DNA of 64,000 bases from Abditibacterium sp. (lineage in GTDB: Bacteria; Armatimonadota; Abditibacteriia; Abditibacteriales; Abditibacteriaceae). The DNA is taken from the NCBI GenBank assembly GCA_965199495.1, contig CBDASK010000003.1, forward strand, positions 2,912,001 through 2,976,000, read 5' to 3'. The position numbers and the translations under genes were made by a program. Below are positions 9,694 to 19,046 of this stretch, piece after piece. Position 1 is the stretch's first letter. Every line of letters begins with the position of its first letter. A model generated the notes under the pieces. The model searched no databases and was not told where the DNA came from. It saw only the letters and a list, made by a program, of their open reading frames with translations.

Positions 9694-10950
9694 ATGAAAA
9701 CTACTCGCTCTCTGCTGGCCGCTCTGGCGGTCGCTCCCTTTCTCTGCGCGCCGCTTTGGGCGGCGCCCATCCCCACTACACCAATAGCAGCCACGGCGTC
9801 TGCCACCGAAGTTGAGGCGCCCAAATCAGCCGACGAACTGGCGGCACTCGCGATTTTCGACGAATCCATCAAAGCCTACGCGGCGTTGCCGAATTTATCG
9901 CAGAGCTTTACGTTTTCCACTTCGAGTAGTCGCACGCCCGACGCGCCTCAAAGTGGCAACGGCACTTTCGCTTTTATGCGACCCGACAAAGCGCGCGTCG
10001 CTTACAAATGGGGCGACCGCGACCGGCTCACCATCAGCGATGGAACGACGCTGATTAATCAGCGCGCGGCGGATAAGTTTGAAAGCGACGAAGCGGGCGC
10101 CAAAATCATTCCGCGCGTGGCTCTGATGTTGCCCGCCAGCACAGGGCTGCCGCTCCTTTTTCTTCTGGACGGTGTTAATCCGCTCCAAGGCGCTGGTCTC
10201 ACTTTCCAAAATCTCGTGCCCGTGGACGAAAAAGGGCGACAGACGATCACACTCGTTTCGCTTGCTGACAGCGCCAAAGTTCCGCAGACTACGATTCGTG
10301 TTACTCTCGATACTCGGACGCACTTAATCGCGCGAACCGAATACGAACTCAACATGGCTGCTCAACCCGGTGTTGATGGAAAGCCCGACGTAAAAGCGCT
10401 CAAAATCGTCAACACCATCCAATTTGCGCCCGCGCCTGCCGTTCAAGCGAGCGATTTTACTTTCGTCACGCCCGCTGGGGCGACGCTGACTAAAGTCGCC
10501 GACCAGTCCAAACCTTACGATGCGCGCTTGGTTGTTGGGGCCCAACCGTTCGCGTTGAGTGACAAAACGCTCGATGGTAAAGCGATTTCGCTGGACGATT
10601 ACAAAAGTAAAGTCGTGCTGCTCGACTTCTGGGCGACGTGGTGTGGCCCGTGCGTGGGTGAACTGCCCAACGTCAAAGCCAACTACGACAAATATCACGC
10701 GCAAGGTTTTGACATCGTCGGCATTTCGCTCGATGAGGATGAAGACGCATTGCGCAACTTTATCAAAGCCAAAGCGATGCCGTGGCCGCAAATTTTCGAT
10801 GGCAAAGGCTGGGAGGCGGGCGACGCCAAAACTTATGGCGTGCAAGCGATTCCATTTTCACTGCTCATCGGCAAAGACGGCACAATCGCGGCGGTCAACC
10901 CGCGCGGCGAAGAACTCGAACCGGCGCTTCAAGCGGCGCTGGCCAAATAA
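9694..10950 (+). CDS. Secreted LolA-like domain + TlpA thioredoxin-like protein (paralog of 7779)
   Basis: Signal peptide, FMRPDKARV...ISDG, C-terminal DFWATWCGPC nearly identical to that of the 7779 gene. Confidence 0.85.
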   Translation: MKTTRSLLAALAVAPFLCAPLWAAPIPTTPIAATASATEVEAPKSADELAALAIFDESIKAYAALPNLSQSFTFSTSSSRTPDAPQSGNGTFAFMRPDKARVAYKWGDRDRLTISDGTTLINQRAADKFESDEAGAKIIPRVALMLPASTGLPLLFLLDGVNPLQGAGLTFQNLVPVDEKGRQTITLVSLADSAKVPQTTIRVTLDTRTHLIARTEYELNMAAQPGVDGKPDVKALKIVNTIQFAPAPAVQASDFTFVTPAGATLTKVADQSKPYDARLVVGAQPFALSDKTLDGKAISLDDYKSKVVLLDFWATWCGPCVGELPNVKANYDKYHAQGFDIVGISLDEDEDALRNFIKAKAMPWPQIFDGKGWEAGDAKTYGVQAIPFSLLIGKDGTIAAVNPRGEELEPALQAALAK

Positions 10951-10955
10951 TTAAA

Positions 10956-11999
10956 TTGTTGAAAAACCGCGCCGTCAAACCGCGCCGCTTCTGGCGCAAT
11001 CGCCGGTTGTGGGCGGGTTTGGCGGCGCTGTTTTTGTGCGCGATATTCGCGCACTGGCGCTGGCAACCCGGTTTGACAATTCGCGATGGCCGCGACGATT
11101 TGAATCGCAACGCGCTGTGGCTTGGTCACGGCTGGCTGGGCGCCGATAGTTGGTTTGCGGGCGATAAAACCGCCGAAAAAGCGCGTTTTCGCGATGCGAA
11201 AAACATCGGTAAATTGGCGCAACTCTGCCGCGAAAACGGCGTGCGCGATTTGTATCCGCACCTCACGCCAACACAAGCCACCGGCGCCGTGGCTGCCCAC
11301 GACGACGATCAAATCGAACGGTTTTTGGATAATACCAATGGTTTGCGCGTGTTGCCGTGGATCGGCGGGCGCATGAATACGCATATTGAACCGCAGAACG
11401 CGGCGAAAACCGCGCGTTTCGTCGCGTCGGTCGGCGAATTGATGCGTAAACATCCGCGATTGGCGGGCGTGCATCTCAACGTCGAGCCGTGGAAATCGGA
11501 CGACGCGGCGATGCTCCAATTGCTCGACGATTTGAAAACCGCGATTGGGCCGGACAAAATTTTGTCGGTTTCGACTTATCCGCCGCGCGTTGGGCTTCAA
11601 CCGTTTAAATTGACGTGGAGCCGCGATTATTATCGTGATGTGACAGCGCGCTGTGACCAAATCGCACCGATGTTTTATGATACTTCGATTCACGACGCCA
11701 AACTCTATCAGTGGACTTACGCGCGCTGGACGAAAACGCTGCTCGATTGGACGCGCGATGGCGATGTCCAAATCGTGTTTGGTGTGCCGACTTATGGCGC
11801 CGCCGGGCCGACGCTTGGGCCAATTTATCACGATCCGCGCGTCGAAACTTTGCCCAACGCTCTCGCCGGATTGCATCGCGGTTTGAGTGCATATGAAAGA
11901 TTGCCGCGCAATTATCAGGGCGCGGCGATTTATTGCGAATGGGAAACTGATGCGGCGGAATGGAAATTATGGCGTCGAGATTTCCTCGATTCTCCATGA
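10956..11999 (+). CDS. Membrane-anchored GH18-like TIM-barrel glycoside hydrolase
   Basis: N-terminal TM anchor. GVHLNVEP (variant of DxDxE), DQIAPMFYD, VFGVPTYG. Start uncertain (TTG 10956 or 10959). Confidence 0.6.
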   Translation: MLKNRAVKPRRFWRNRRLWAGLAALFLCAIFAHWRWQPGLTIRDGRDDLNRNALWLGHGWLGADSWFAGDKTAEKARFRDAKNIGKLAQLCRENGVRDLYPHLTPTQATGAVAAHDDDQIERFLDNTNGLRVLPWIGGRMNTHIEPQNAAKTARFVASVGELMRKHPRLAGVHLNVEPWKSDDAAMLQLLDDLKTAIGPDKILSVSTYPPRVGLQPFKLTWSRDYYRDVTARCDQIAPMFYDTSIHDAKLYQWTYARWTKTLLDWTRDGDVQIVFGVPTYGAAGPTLGPIYHDPRVETLPNALAGLHRGLSAYERLPRNYQGAAIYCEWETDAAEWKLWRRDFLDSP

Positions 12000-12760
12000 A
12001 AATTTTATTGACCAACGACGATGGCATCGGCGCGCCCGGCGTTCATGCGGCGTGGAATGCTTTGAACGCGGCGGGCCACGAAGTCACCGTTTGCGTGCCC
12101 GACCGACCGCGTAGCGCAATTGGCCACGCCATCACGATGCACAAACCGCTCCGCGTCAAAACCGTCGAAACGCGCGACGGTTTGGCGCATACCACCAACG
12201 GCACGCCCGCCGATTGCGTGACGATGGCGCTGTTGCATCTGTGCCCCCGCCCGCCCGAATTGTGTATTTCGGGCATCAATCTGGGGCCGAACTTGGGCGA
12301 CGACGTGCATTATTCGGGCACTGTCGGCGGCGCGATGGAAGCGATGCTCAATGGCGTGGTTGCGATGGCAATTTCCCTCGTCACGCACACCGATCCGAAC
12401 TGGGCCGCAGCCGCCCGGTTTTGCGCCGATTTCGCGCCGATTATCCCGACGTTGGAACTGCCACGCGATACGTTTTTGAACGTCAATGTGCCGAATCTGG
12501 CGCCCTCTAAAATCGCGGGTGCGCGCGTGACGAGCCAAGGTTCGCGCCGCTACAAAGGCGATCTGGTGCGCCACGAAGCGCCCAATATCGGCGAGTATTT
12601 CTGGCGCGGCGGCGAAGTCATTGACCGCGCCGAAAGCGACGACGCCGATGTCGCGGTCATCAAGCGTAATTATATTTCGGTCACGCCAATTCATGTGGAT
12701 TTGACCAATCGCGTCGCGATGCCGATTGTCGCGGCAGCTCTGGAACAGATGAACAGTTAA
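11996..12760 (+). CDS. surE: 5'/3'-nucleotidase SurE
   Basis: MKILLTNDDG, GTPADCV, SGINLGPNLG, YSGTVGGA. ATGA overlap with the upstream gene. Confidence 0.96.
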   Translation: MKILLTNDDGIGAPGVHAAWNALNAAGHEVTVCVPDRPRSAIGHAITMHKPLRVKTVETRDGLAHTTNGTPADCVTMALLHLCPRPPELCISGINLGPNLGDDVHYSGTVGGAMEAMLNGVVAMAISLVTHTDPNWAAAARFCADFAPIIPTLELPRDTFLNVNVPNLAPSKIAGARVTSQGSRRYKGDLVRHEAPNIGEYFWRGGEVIDRAESDDADVAVIKRNYISVTPIHVDLTNRVAMPIVAAALEQMNS

Positions 12761-12793
12761 ATTCGATTTTATACTTATTGAGAATTGTGAAAC

Positions 12794-12866
12794 TGCGGGG
12801 CTTGCGCCCTCTTCCAAACGGGAAATCTTCTTCGCAACCCGTTTGGAAGAGGGCGCAAGCCCCGCA
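12794..12866. repeat. REPIN/MITE-like palindrome, family A
   Basis: Perfect 29-bp arms TGCGGGGCTTGCGCCCTCTTCCAAACGGG / CCCGTTTGGAAGAGGGCGCAAGCCCCGCA, between convergent genes. Confidence 0.9.
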
Positions 12867-12891
12867 AATTAACGTCAACATTCGCAATTTC

Positions 12892-14049
12892 TCACGACTC
12901 CCGATAAACCCGCGCCTCGCGTCCGCCTTGCTCGCGATAACGCGCGCAAAGTTCTTCGATTGTGCCCTCCAAATCGGCGTTGATGCGCCTGTCGCACAGC
13001 AGCGCGATGCAGCCACCGGCACCGCGTCCGGTGATTTTCGCACCATAAATTCCGCGTTTTGGCCCGATGGCGCGCGCCAGTTCGACCAAGGAATCGGTCG
13101 CCGAGCTGTTCAAATTGCAGCGATGATCGTAAGAAAAATGGCTTTGAACCATGAGTTCGCCCGCCGCGCGGCCCAGTTCGGCGCGCGCGGCGGGATTGTC
13201 GCCCATCGCGCGCAGCAAATGCGCGAAACGGGCGGCGCGGTCGGCTTCGTAAATCGGATGTTCGGTCGCCAATCGCACGTTGTAAATGCGGTCGGTTTCC
13301 AAATTGAGCAGCGTTTCGTGATGCTCCAAAAACTGCGTGCCGCTCATCTTTTCGGGGATTTTGAGGCGCAGCGCGCGCCAAACATCGGTGCCGATATTAG
13401 CCAGATACAGTTCTCCATCCGGCCCGCGCATCGCGGCGGGCACGATTTCGCTGAGCAACGCCGCGCCCATCTTGGTGGCGCAAAACGCGATGTCGTAAGC
13501 GCTTTGTCCCGCGCTTTGCGGGACGCCCGAATCCACGGCCCACAATTCCAAGCCGTCTGGCAACGCGATAGAATCCTCGACCAATGCGGGCTGATATTTG
13601 ACGAGAGACAGATAATTTGCGCGCGCTAAACTTGTGGCCAACGCCGCCGTGGCTGTAGGCGTCGTCGAACCCAAACCGAGCGCGCGATGAATCGCCGATA
13701 AAACCGCGACTTCGAGCGCGCTTTCCTCGCTTAATCCTGCGTCGCGCGGAATATCGGAAACGATCTCGATTTCCAATCCCGGCAAGATTAAATCGTTGGG
13801 TAATTTATCAATTGTATTCGCCACAATTTGCGCCCAATATGGAACATTTACGCGCGAGATTTCGAGTGGCGCGCTTCCGTTGAAACGCGTGAAAACGCCG
13901 GGCGAATTGCGCGGCACAATACGGCAAGTTGTGGCGATTGCGAGCGGGTAATTCAGGCACAATCCGCCCGAATAGTCGCTGATGCCGCCCATGACATCGA
14001 GCATCGCGGGCGCGCTGGCGAAGGCCGAAATTGGGAAATTCGCGGACAT
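12892..14049 (-). CDS. GHMP kinase family protein (galacto/arabinokinase-like, degenerate motifs)
   Basis: AP.MLDVMGGISDYSG, IVSDIP..AGLS, GELMVQSHFSY, YGAKITG.G.GG. Confidence 0.8.
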   Translation of the reverse strand: MSANFPISAFASAPAMLDVMGGISDYSGGLCLNYPLAIATTCRIVPRNSPGVFTRFNGSAPLEISRVNVPYWAQIVANTIDKLPNDLILPGLEIEIVSDIPRDAGLSEESALEVAVLSAIHRALGLGSTTPTATAALATSLARANYLSLVKYQPALVEDSIALPDGLELWAVDSGVPQSAGQSAYDIAFCATKMGAALLSEIVPAAMRGPDGELYLANIGTDVWRALRLKIPEKMSGTQFLEHHETLLNLETDRIYNVRLATEHPIYEADRAARFAHLLRAMGDNPAARAELGRAAGELMVQSHFSYDHRCNLNSSATDSLVELARAIGPKRGIYGAKITGRGAGGCIALLCDRRINADLEGTIEELCARYREQGGREARVYRES

Positions 14050-14125
14050 AATTTAGGTTGTAGTTTGACCCAAATTAGGCCGCGTAAATCGGAGCTTTTT
14101 CGCGTTGCCAAACGTCTGTTTTCGC

Positions 14126-17068
14126 ATGAATTGGAACGGCGAAAACACGCCTGAATCTGCACTGTTGGAGGCCGCATCCGCCGCGAAACTACGCGATTTA
14201 AACGCGCCGCTCGACTGGCCCGCAATCGAGCGACGCGCGCGCATTTTGGCGTCGAATTCGTATGCTCGTTCCGTCGAATTGGCGGCGGCAGCGCGTGCAT
14301 TAGATGCGGTCGCGCAGGGCGCGCCCGGCGGCGGCTCCATCGCGCGCGAGCGCGGCGTGTGGGCGGCGGCGGCTTTCGCGGCGGACGGCAATTTTCCCTC
14401 GGCTCACGTCGTGACTTTGCGCACCTTCCCGCGCGCCCGCGCCGCCGATGCAGCCACGGCGACGCTGCTCTGCGTTTTGGCGCCTTCGCTGCGCTTCGGT
14501 TTGCGCGCCCAAACGCCGCTGGCGGGCGCGCTTGACGCGTTGTTCGCGGGCGAAAATTGCGATGCTTTGGCGGTTTGGGACGCCATCGAAAACACGGTTT
14601 TCGCGCCCGAACTATGGCAACTGGCGCGGCGTGGCTTGTGTGCAATGAGCGAAGCGGCGACGATCAAAACACTGCGCGGCGCGGTTTTGCCGGACGGATT
14701 TACGTCGAATTTGAGCGCGCAGATTCCCACGCTGTTGCCGCCGCAATTACAAGCCGTTCGGGGCGGATTGTTGGACGGTGAAAACGCTCTCGTCGCCTTG
14801 CCTCCGGGGACGGGCAAAACTTTGCTGGGTGAACTGTTTCTGGCGAGCGCGCTGGGAAATGGAGCGGGATTGGCGGTTTTTTTAGTGCCCTATGTTTCGC
14901 TGGGGCGCGGCGTCATTGAGGCGTTGCGCGCGCATTTGCCCGCCGCAATTCCGGTTCATCGCTGGCTGGGCGGGCAGGGCGATGGCGGCGAGAAATGTCG
15001 CGCGGACGAGCGGCCCGAATTTGCGGTCGCCACGCCCGAACGTTTCGACGCGATGCTGCGCGCGCGGCCCGAATTGTGGGCGCAGTTGCGCGGCGTTGTC
15101 GTGGACGAAGCGCACACGCTGGGCGAAGGCGCGCGTGGCGCGCGCGTGGAAGGTCTGATCGCGCGGTTGCGCGCGCAGCAAAATCGCGGGGCGCAAACGC
15201 GTTTGCTCTTGCTTTCGGCGGCGTTGGACGAGCGCGAAAAGTTGGAGCAATGGGCGGGCGTCACGCGCGTTTTTGCGTCGAATTGGACACCGACGGCGCG
15301 GCGTCTGGCGTTCTGGCGGCAAGACGGAAAAATGGAATGGCACGCCGAATTGGCCGATGGACAAACGTGCGCGCTGGGCGAGTTGGAGCAGCGTTGGCCG
15401 CACCATATCAACAATGGTAGCGACAATTGGGCGCGCGTGCGGCGCTTCGAACCTTTGGCGTGGGAGAATGTGGCCGCCTTGGCGAAGCAACTCAACGAAG
15501 AGCGCGGCGGCGCGATTTTGTGTTTGTGTTCGACGCGGCGCGCCACGCGCGAAATCGCGGGCGCGCTGGGACGATTGTTTCCCGAAACGCTCGAAATTGG
15601 CGGCGCCCTCGCGCGTTGCATCGAAAGCATCGAAGCGCGCCATCGCACGCTGTTGCCGCTTGCGAAATTGTTGCGCAAACGCGTGGCGTGGCACAACAGT
15701 TCGCTGCCCGCCGAAGTGCGCAATGCTCTGGAAGAAGCGATTGCCGATGGACAGATCGCTGCCGTGGCTGCGACTTCGACGCTGGCCGAAGGCGTGGATT
15801 TGCCGTTCGCCCAGACCATCGTCGCCGATTGGCTCAAATGGAGCGACAACGGCCAAATCCCGCTTTCGAGCGCGCTTTTTCGCAACATCGCCGGACGTTG
15901 CGGACGCGCCGGACGCTTCACCGAGGGCGACACTCTGGTTTTCGATAATCCGCTTGGCCCGGCGCGATTCACCGCGCCGACTGTGCGCCGCGATGTTCAA
16001 AATCGCGCGTTCGTCGGCGCGGTTTTGGACGAGCCGCGCAGCGCGTTTGCGACCGGCGAAACCGAGGGCACCGCGCGCACGCAAACGCGGGCCGCGCTCG
16101 AATCGCAGTTGCTCGCGCTGTGGAGCGGACATCCGCAACTCGATGATGAAGCCACAGCGCGCCTGTTTTACGCGGCGCGTTTCGATGACGATTTCGCGAA
16201 TCGCATCGCGCAAATTCGCGCGAATTTCGAGCGCGACGATCTGATTCAAGACGGCGTTTTGAGCGCGCGCGGCGCGGCCATCGCGCGCACCGATTGGTCG
16301 CCCGCCAGCGCGCTACGTTTGCTGGGCGCGCTCGAAGCCTTACCGTCGCAAAACTTCGACGGCGCACGCGGCGCGGCGCGTTTGAACGCGTATTTGTGGC
16401 GCGCGTTGGGCGCATTGCCCGAAGCGGGCGGCGAAATCGAGCGGTTTTTTCGCTCGCGCTCGCGCTTGTTTGTGCGGCCCGAATTATTGGAAGAAACCGG
16501 GCGCGCGTGGCTAAGTGGAACGGCGCCCGAAGCGATTTTTGCGAGTTTGCCGCGCGCGCAAAGTTTGGCGGGCATCGGCGCGTGGCTCGAACGCGACGAA
16601 GCGCCCGCCAATGCCGAAACCGTCGCGCCCGATTGGAGCGGCGAGTTTGATCGTTATTTGGACTTCCAACGCGCCGGAATGGAAACATGGACGCCCTATT
16701 TATGGCGCGCGGCCCATGCCCTCGCGCCGCTCGCCGGGCCAAACGCGTCGCGTGTGAAATGGAGTGTTTGGGCGCGCCGATGGGAACTGGGCGTGGACAG
16801 CGCGTGGGCCGCGCGCGCTTTAGCGTTGGGCGCGCCCGGCACGCGCACGACGTGCGCTTTGGTCGGTCGTCATTGGCCTTTTCAGTCGGCACAACCCGCG
16901 CACGACGCATTGGCTCTGTCGCCGCTCCGCGACGAAAGCGGACGCGAAAAAGCGCGCTTGGCGTTGGACGACGCTCTGCGCGAAGCGGGCGGCGCCTATT
17001 GTTTCGCCGGACGCAACGTGCTGGCGCTACGCGATTGGGTGTGGGCGCGCGCGGGTTTGACGAAGTAA
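14126..17068 (+). CDS. Ski2/Hel308-like SF2 DEAH-box helicase
   Basis: Walker A PPGTGKT, ATPERF, DEAH, LSAA, WHNSSL, ATSTLAEGVDLP, NIAGRCGRAG. Start probably ATG 14126. Confidence 0.9.
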   Translation: MNWNGENTPESALLEAASAAKLRDLNAPLDWPAIERRARILASNSYARSVELAAAARALDAVAQGAPGGGSIARERGVWAAAAFAADGNFPSAHVVTLRTFPRARAADAATATLLCVLAPSLRFGLRAQTPLAGALDALFAGENCDALAVWDAIENTVFAPELWQLARRGLCAMSEAATIKTLRGAVLPDGFTSNLSAQIPTLLPPQLQAVRGGLLDGENALVALPPGTGKTLLGELFLASALGNGAGLAVFLVPYVSLGRGVIEALRAHLPAAIPVHRWLGGQGDGGEKCRADERPEFAVATPERFDAMLRARPELWAQLRGVVVDEAHTLGEGARGARVEGLIARLRAQQNRGAQTRLLLLSAALDEREKLEQWAGVTRVFASNWTPTARRLAFWRQDGKMEWHAELADGQTCALGELEQRWPHHINNGSDNWARVRRFEPLAWENVAALAKQLNEERGGAILCLCSTRRATREIAGALGRLFPETLEIGGALARCIESIEARHRTLLPLAKLLRKRVAWHNSSLPAEVRNALEEAIADGQIAAVAATSTLAEGVDLPFAQTIVADWLKWSDNGQIPLSSALFRNIAGRCGRAGRFTEGDTLVFDNPLGPARFTAPTVRRDVQNRAFVGAVLDEPRSAFATGETEGTARTQTRAALESQLLALWSGHPQLDDEATARLFYAARFDDDFANRIAQIRANFERDDLIQDGVLSARGAAIARTDWSPASALRLLGALEALPSQNFDGARGAARLNAYLWRALGALPEAGGEIERFFRSRSRLFVRPELLEETGRAWLSGTAPEAIFASLPRAQSLAGIGAWLERDEAPANAETVAPDWSGEFDRYLDFQRAGMETWTPYLWRAAHALAPLAGPNASRVKWSVWARRWELGVDSAWAARALALGAPGTRTTCALVGRHWPFQSAQPAHDALALSPLRDESGREKARLALDDALREAGGAYCFAGRNVLALRDWVWARAGLTK

Positions 17069-17133
17069 ATGGGTTTGCGTCTTTTACAATAAGCGCCTGA
17101 CAAAAATGGGTTTAACTCTTAGCGAATTAGCCA

Positions 17134-17224
17134 ATTAACTGTGGCGGGGCTTGCGCCGCCTTCCAATCGGGAATTGAAGAGAAATCCATGATTGGAAGGA
17201 GGCGCAAGCCCCGCCACAGTTAAT
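17134..17224. repeat. REPIN/MITE-like palindrome, family A
   Basis: Arms ATTAACTGTGGCGGGGCTTGCGCC.CCTTCCAATC / GATTGGAAGG.GGCGCAAGCCCCGCCACAGTTAAT. Confidence 0.9.
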
Positions 17225-17287
17225 CAGCCCTCACGAGAATGGTTTGACCTCAATATCTGCGGCCACTCAAGAAGTTACCGCGAAACC

Positions 17288-17983
17288 ATGAAATACGCCG
17301 CCGTCTTTCTCACCCTCGCTCTGGCGTGCGCGTTCTATGCAGCCACGGCGTCGCCGTGGCTGCTACGCGTTGCGTTCGCTTCGGGATTTTTGGCGTTCGG
17401 CGGCGTCGGTCTGGCCTACGCGTTTATCGGCCCGCGCGCGTTTTTCAAGCGCAAAAACGGCACTTTGCTCGCCCTAAGTTATTTGATTTATGCGCCTTAT
17501 TATCTGCTTAACGCGCTGAGTTTGTGGAGTTTTCGGCGGGGCGCCCGCGAAAACGCGTTCGACGAAATCGCGCTCGGCGTTTATCTGGGTTGCCGTTTGA
17601 GCGCACGCGGCCAAGCCGAAGTCACGCATTTGAAAATCGCGCGCGTTTTAGATTTGACCGGCGAATTTGCCGAAACGCCATTTCTGCGCGCGCTCGATTA
17701 TCTTTGCATCCCTCTGCTCGATACGCGCGCACCGACTTTAGAACAATTGCGCGAAGGCGCGGATTGGATCGCACAAAGCGATGTCCCAATTTACGTTCAT
17801 TGCGCGCTCGGTCACGGACGCAGCGCGACATTTGTCGCGGCGTATTTGCTGTTGACGAAGCGCGCCAAAAATGCCGATGACGCGGTTGCGCAAATTCAAA
17901 AACTGCGTCCGCGTGTTGGTTTGACTTGCGAGCAATCGGCGGTTACGCAACTTTACGCTAACAGTCTCCACAAAGAATCGTAA
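17288..17983 (+). CDS. Membrane-anchored dual-specificity phosphatase
   Basis: N-terminal TM helices and the CX5R motif VHCALGHGRS. Start moved to ATG 17288. Confidence 0.88.
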   Translation: MKYAAVFLTLALACAFYAATASPWLLRVAFASGFLAFGGVGLAYAFIGPRAFFKRKNGTLLALSYLIYAPYYLLNALSLWSFRRGARENAFDEIALGVYLGCRLSARGQAEVTHLKIARVLDLTGEFAETPFLRALDYLCIPLLDTRAPTLEQLREGADWIAQSDVPIYVHCALGHGRSATFVAAYLLLTKRAKNADDAVAQIQKLRPRVGLTCEQSAVTQLYANSLHKES

Positions 17984-18921
17984 ATCCCGTCCAAATTGGC
18001 GCCTGCCGCAACGAGCGTAATTTCCAGCAATAGCGCCAGATTAAAACCGACGAAGAACAGTTTGAGAAACGCTAACGGATAGGCGCGCTCACGCCAAATC
18101 GCAGCATCGAGCAAAAAGAATAGGGCGCCGCACGCCAACAGCGGAATTAGATAGGGCTTGAACGGCAGCCACGTCGCCAGCCAAACTTCCGTCGTCAACA
18201 GCGCGGCGATTAATAATTTGGCGCGCGTCGCACCCAGCCACGCCGCCGTTGTGAGGCGTCCAGCGCGCGAGTCTGGTTCGATGTCCATGATTTGACCGAA
18301 CAAATGCGAGTGCATCGCGAAGACGAAACCGAACGCGTAAATCGGCCAAAGCGAAAACGCGCCGCGCGTCCAATCGCTCAAGATGAAAACCGATAAATAG
18401 CCGCATTGAAACAGCAAATCGCAAATCGGGAAATCTTTGGCGCCGCCATTTTTGCGATTATAAAGTGCGCTGCCCAAAACCAAAACCGCGAACCAAAGCA
18501 ACGCTTTAACGCCCCAAATCGCGGTAAACAACGCGACGAACGGGATTTGAATCAGCCAGATTCGCCACGGCAACTCGAACAATTGGTCGGGCGTCGGGCG
18601 CGCGCCAAACAGAAACGAATCTTTGCGCGGATTGAGCCGGTCGGTCTCGGCGTCCGACAAATCGTTGCCCGCGTAAATCAGCATTCCGAGCGGGAGCGTA
18701 ACGTAAATCAATCCCAACCAGAACGCGCCGTTATGAACATCGAAGCGCCCGGCGTGCGGCATTAAGTAAAACCAGATCGTCGTGAGCCAGAAGCCGGGGC
18801 GCGACGCTTTGAGCGTAAAAACCAATTCGCTTGCCAAACTCGCGCGCGGCGTGGCTGCTATGCGCGGCAGTGTGTTGGTGCGCGTGGGAGCAAACTCGTG
18901 TTGAGCGGGAACTGTCGCCAT
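17953..18921 (-). CDS. UbiA family prenyltransferase
   Basis: KASRP.FW, NDLSDAETDRLNPRK, QIMDIEPDSRAG..TTA; multi-TM. Confidence 0.88.
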   Translation of the reverse strand: MATVPAQHEFAPTRTNTLPRIAATPRASLASELVFTLKASRPGFWLTTIWFYLMPHAGRFDVHNGAFWLGLIYVTLPLGMLIYAGNDLSDAETDRLNPRKDSFLFGARPTPDQLFELPWRIWLIQIPFVALFTAIWGVKALLWFAVLVLGSALYNRKNGGAKDFPICDLLFQCGYLSVFILSDWTRGAFSLWPIYAFGFVFAMHSHLFGQIMDIEPDSRAGRLTTAAWLGATRAKLLIAALLTTEVWLATWLPFKPYLIPLLACGALFFLLDAAIWRERAYPLAFLKLFFVGFNLALLLEITLVAAGANLDGIYDSLWRLLA

Positions 18922-18996
18922 TTTGAACCCTTCCTTACATCAAGTTAATCTCGGCGCAAAGCGTGAAGAAAGCGCGATTTTGAGTTGGCTGTATCC

Positions 18997-19031
18997 AAAA
19001 AAGCGGGCCAGACGAAAATCGTCTGGCCCGC
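18997..19031 (-). terminator. Rho-independent terminator of the C13 peptidase gene
   Basis: GCGGGCCAGACGA/TCGTCTGGCCCGC stem with an A6 tract on the + strand. Confidence 0.85.
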
Positions 19032-19046
19032 CGAAAACTAAACGTT

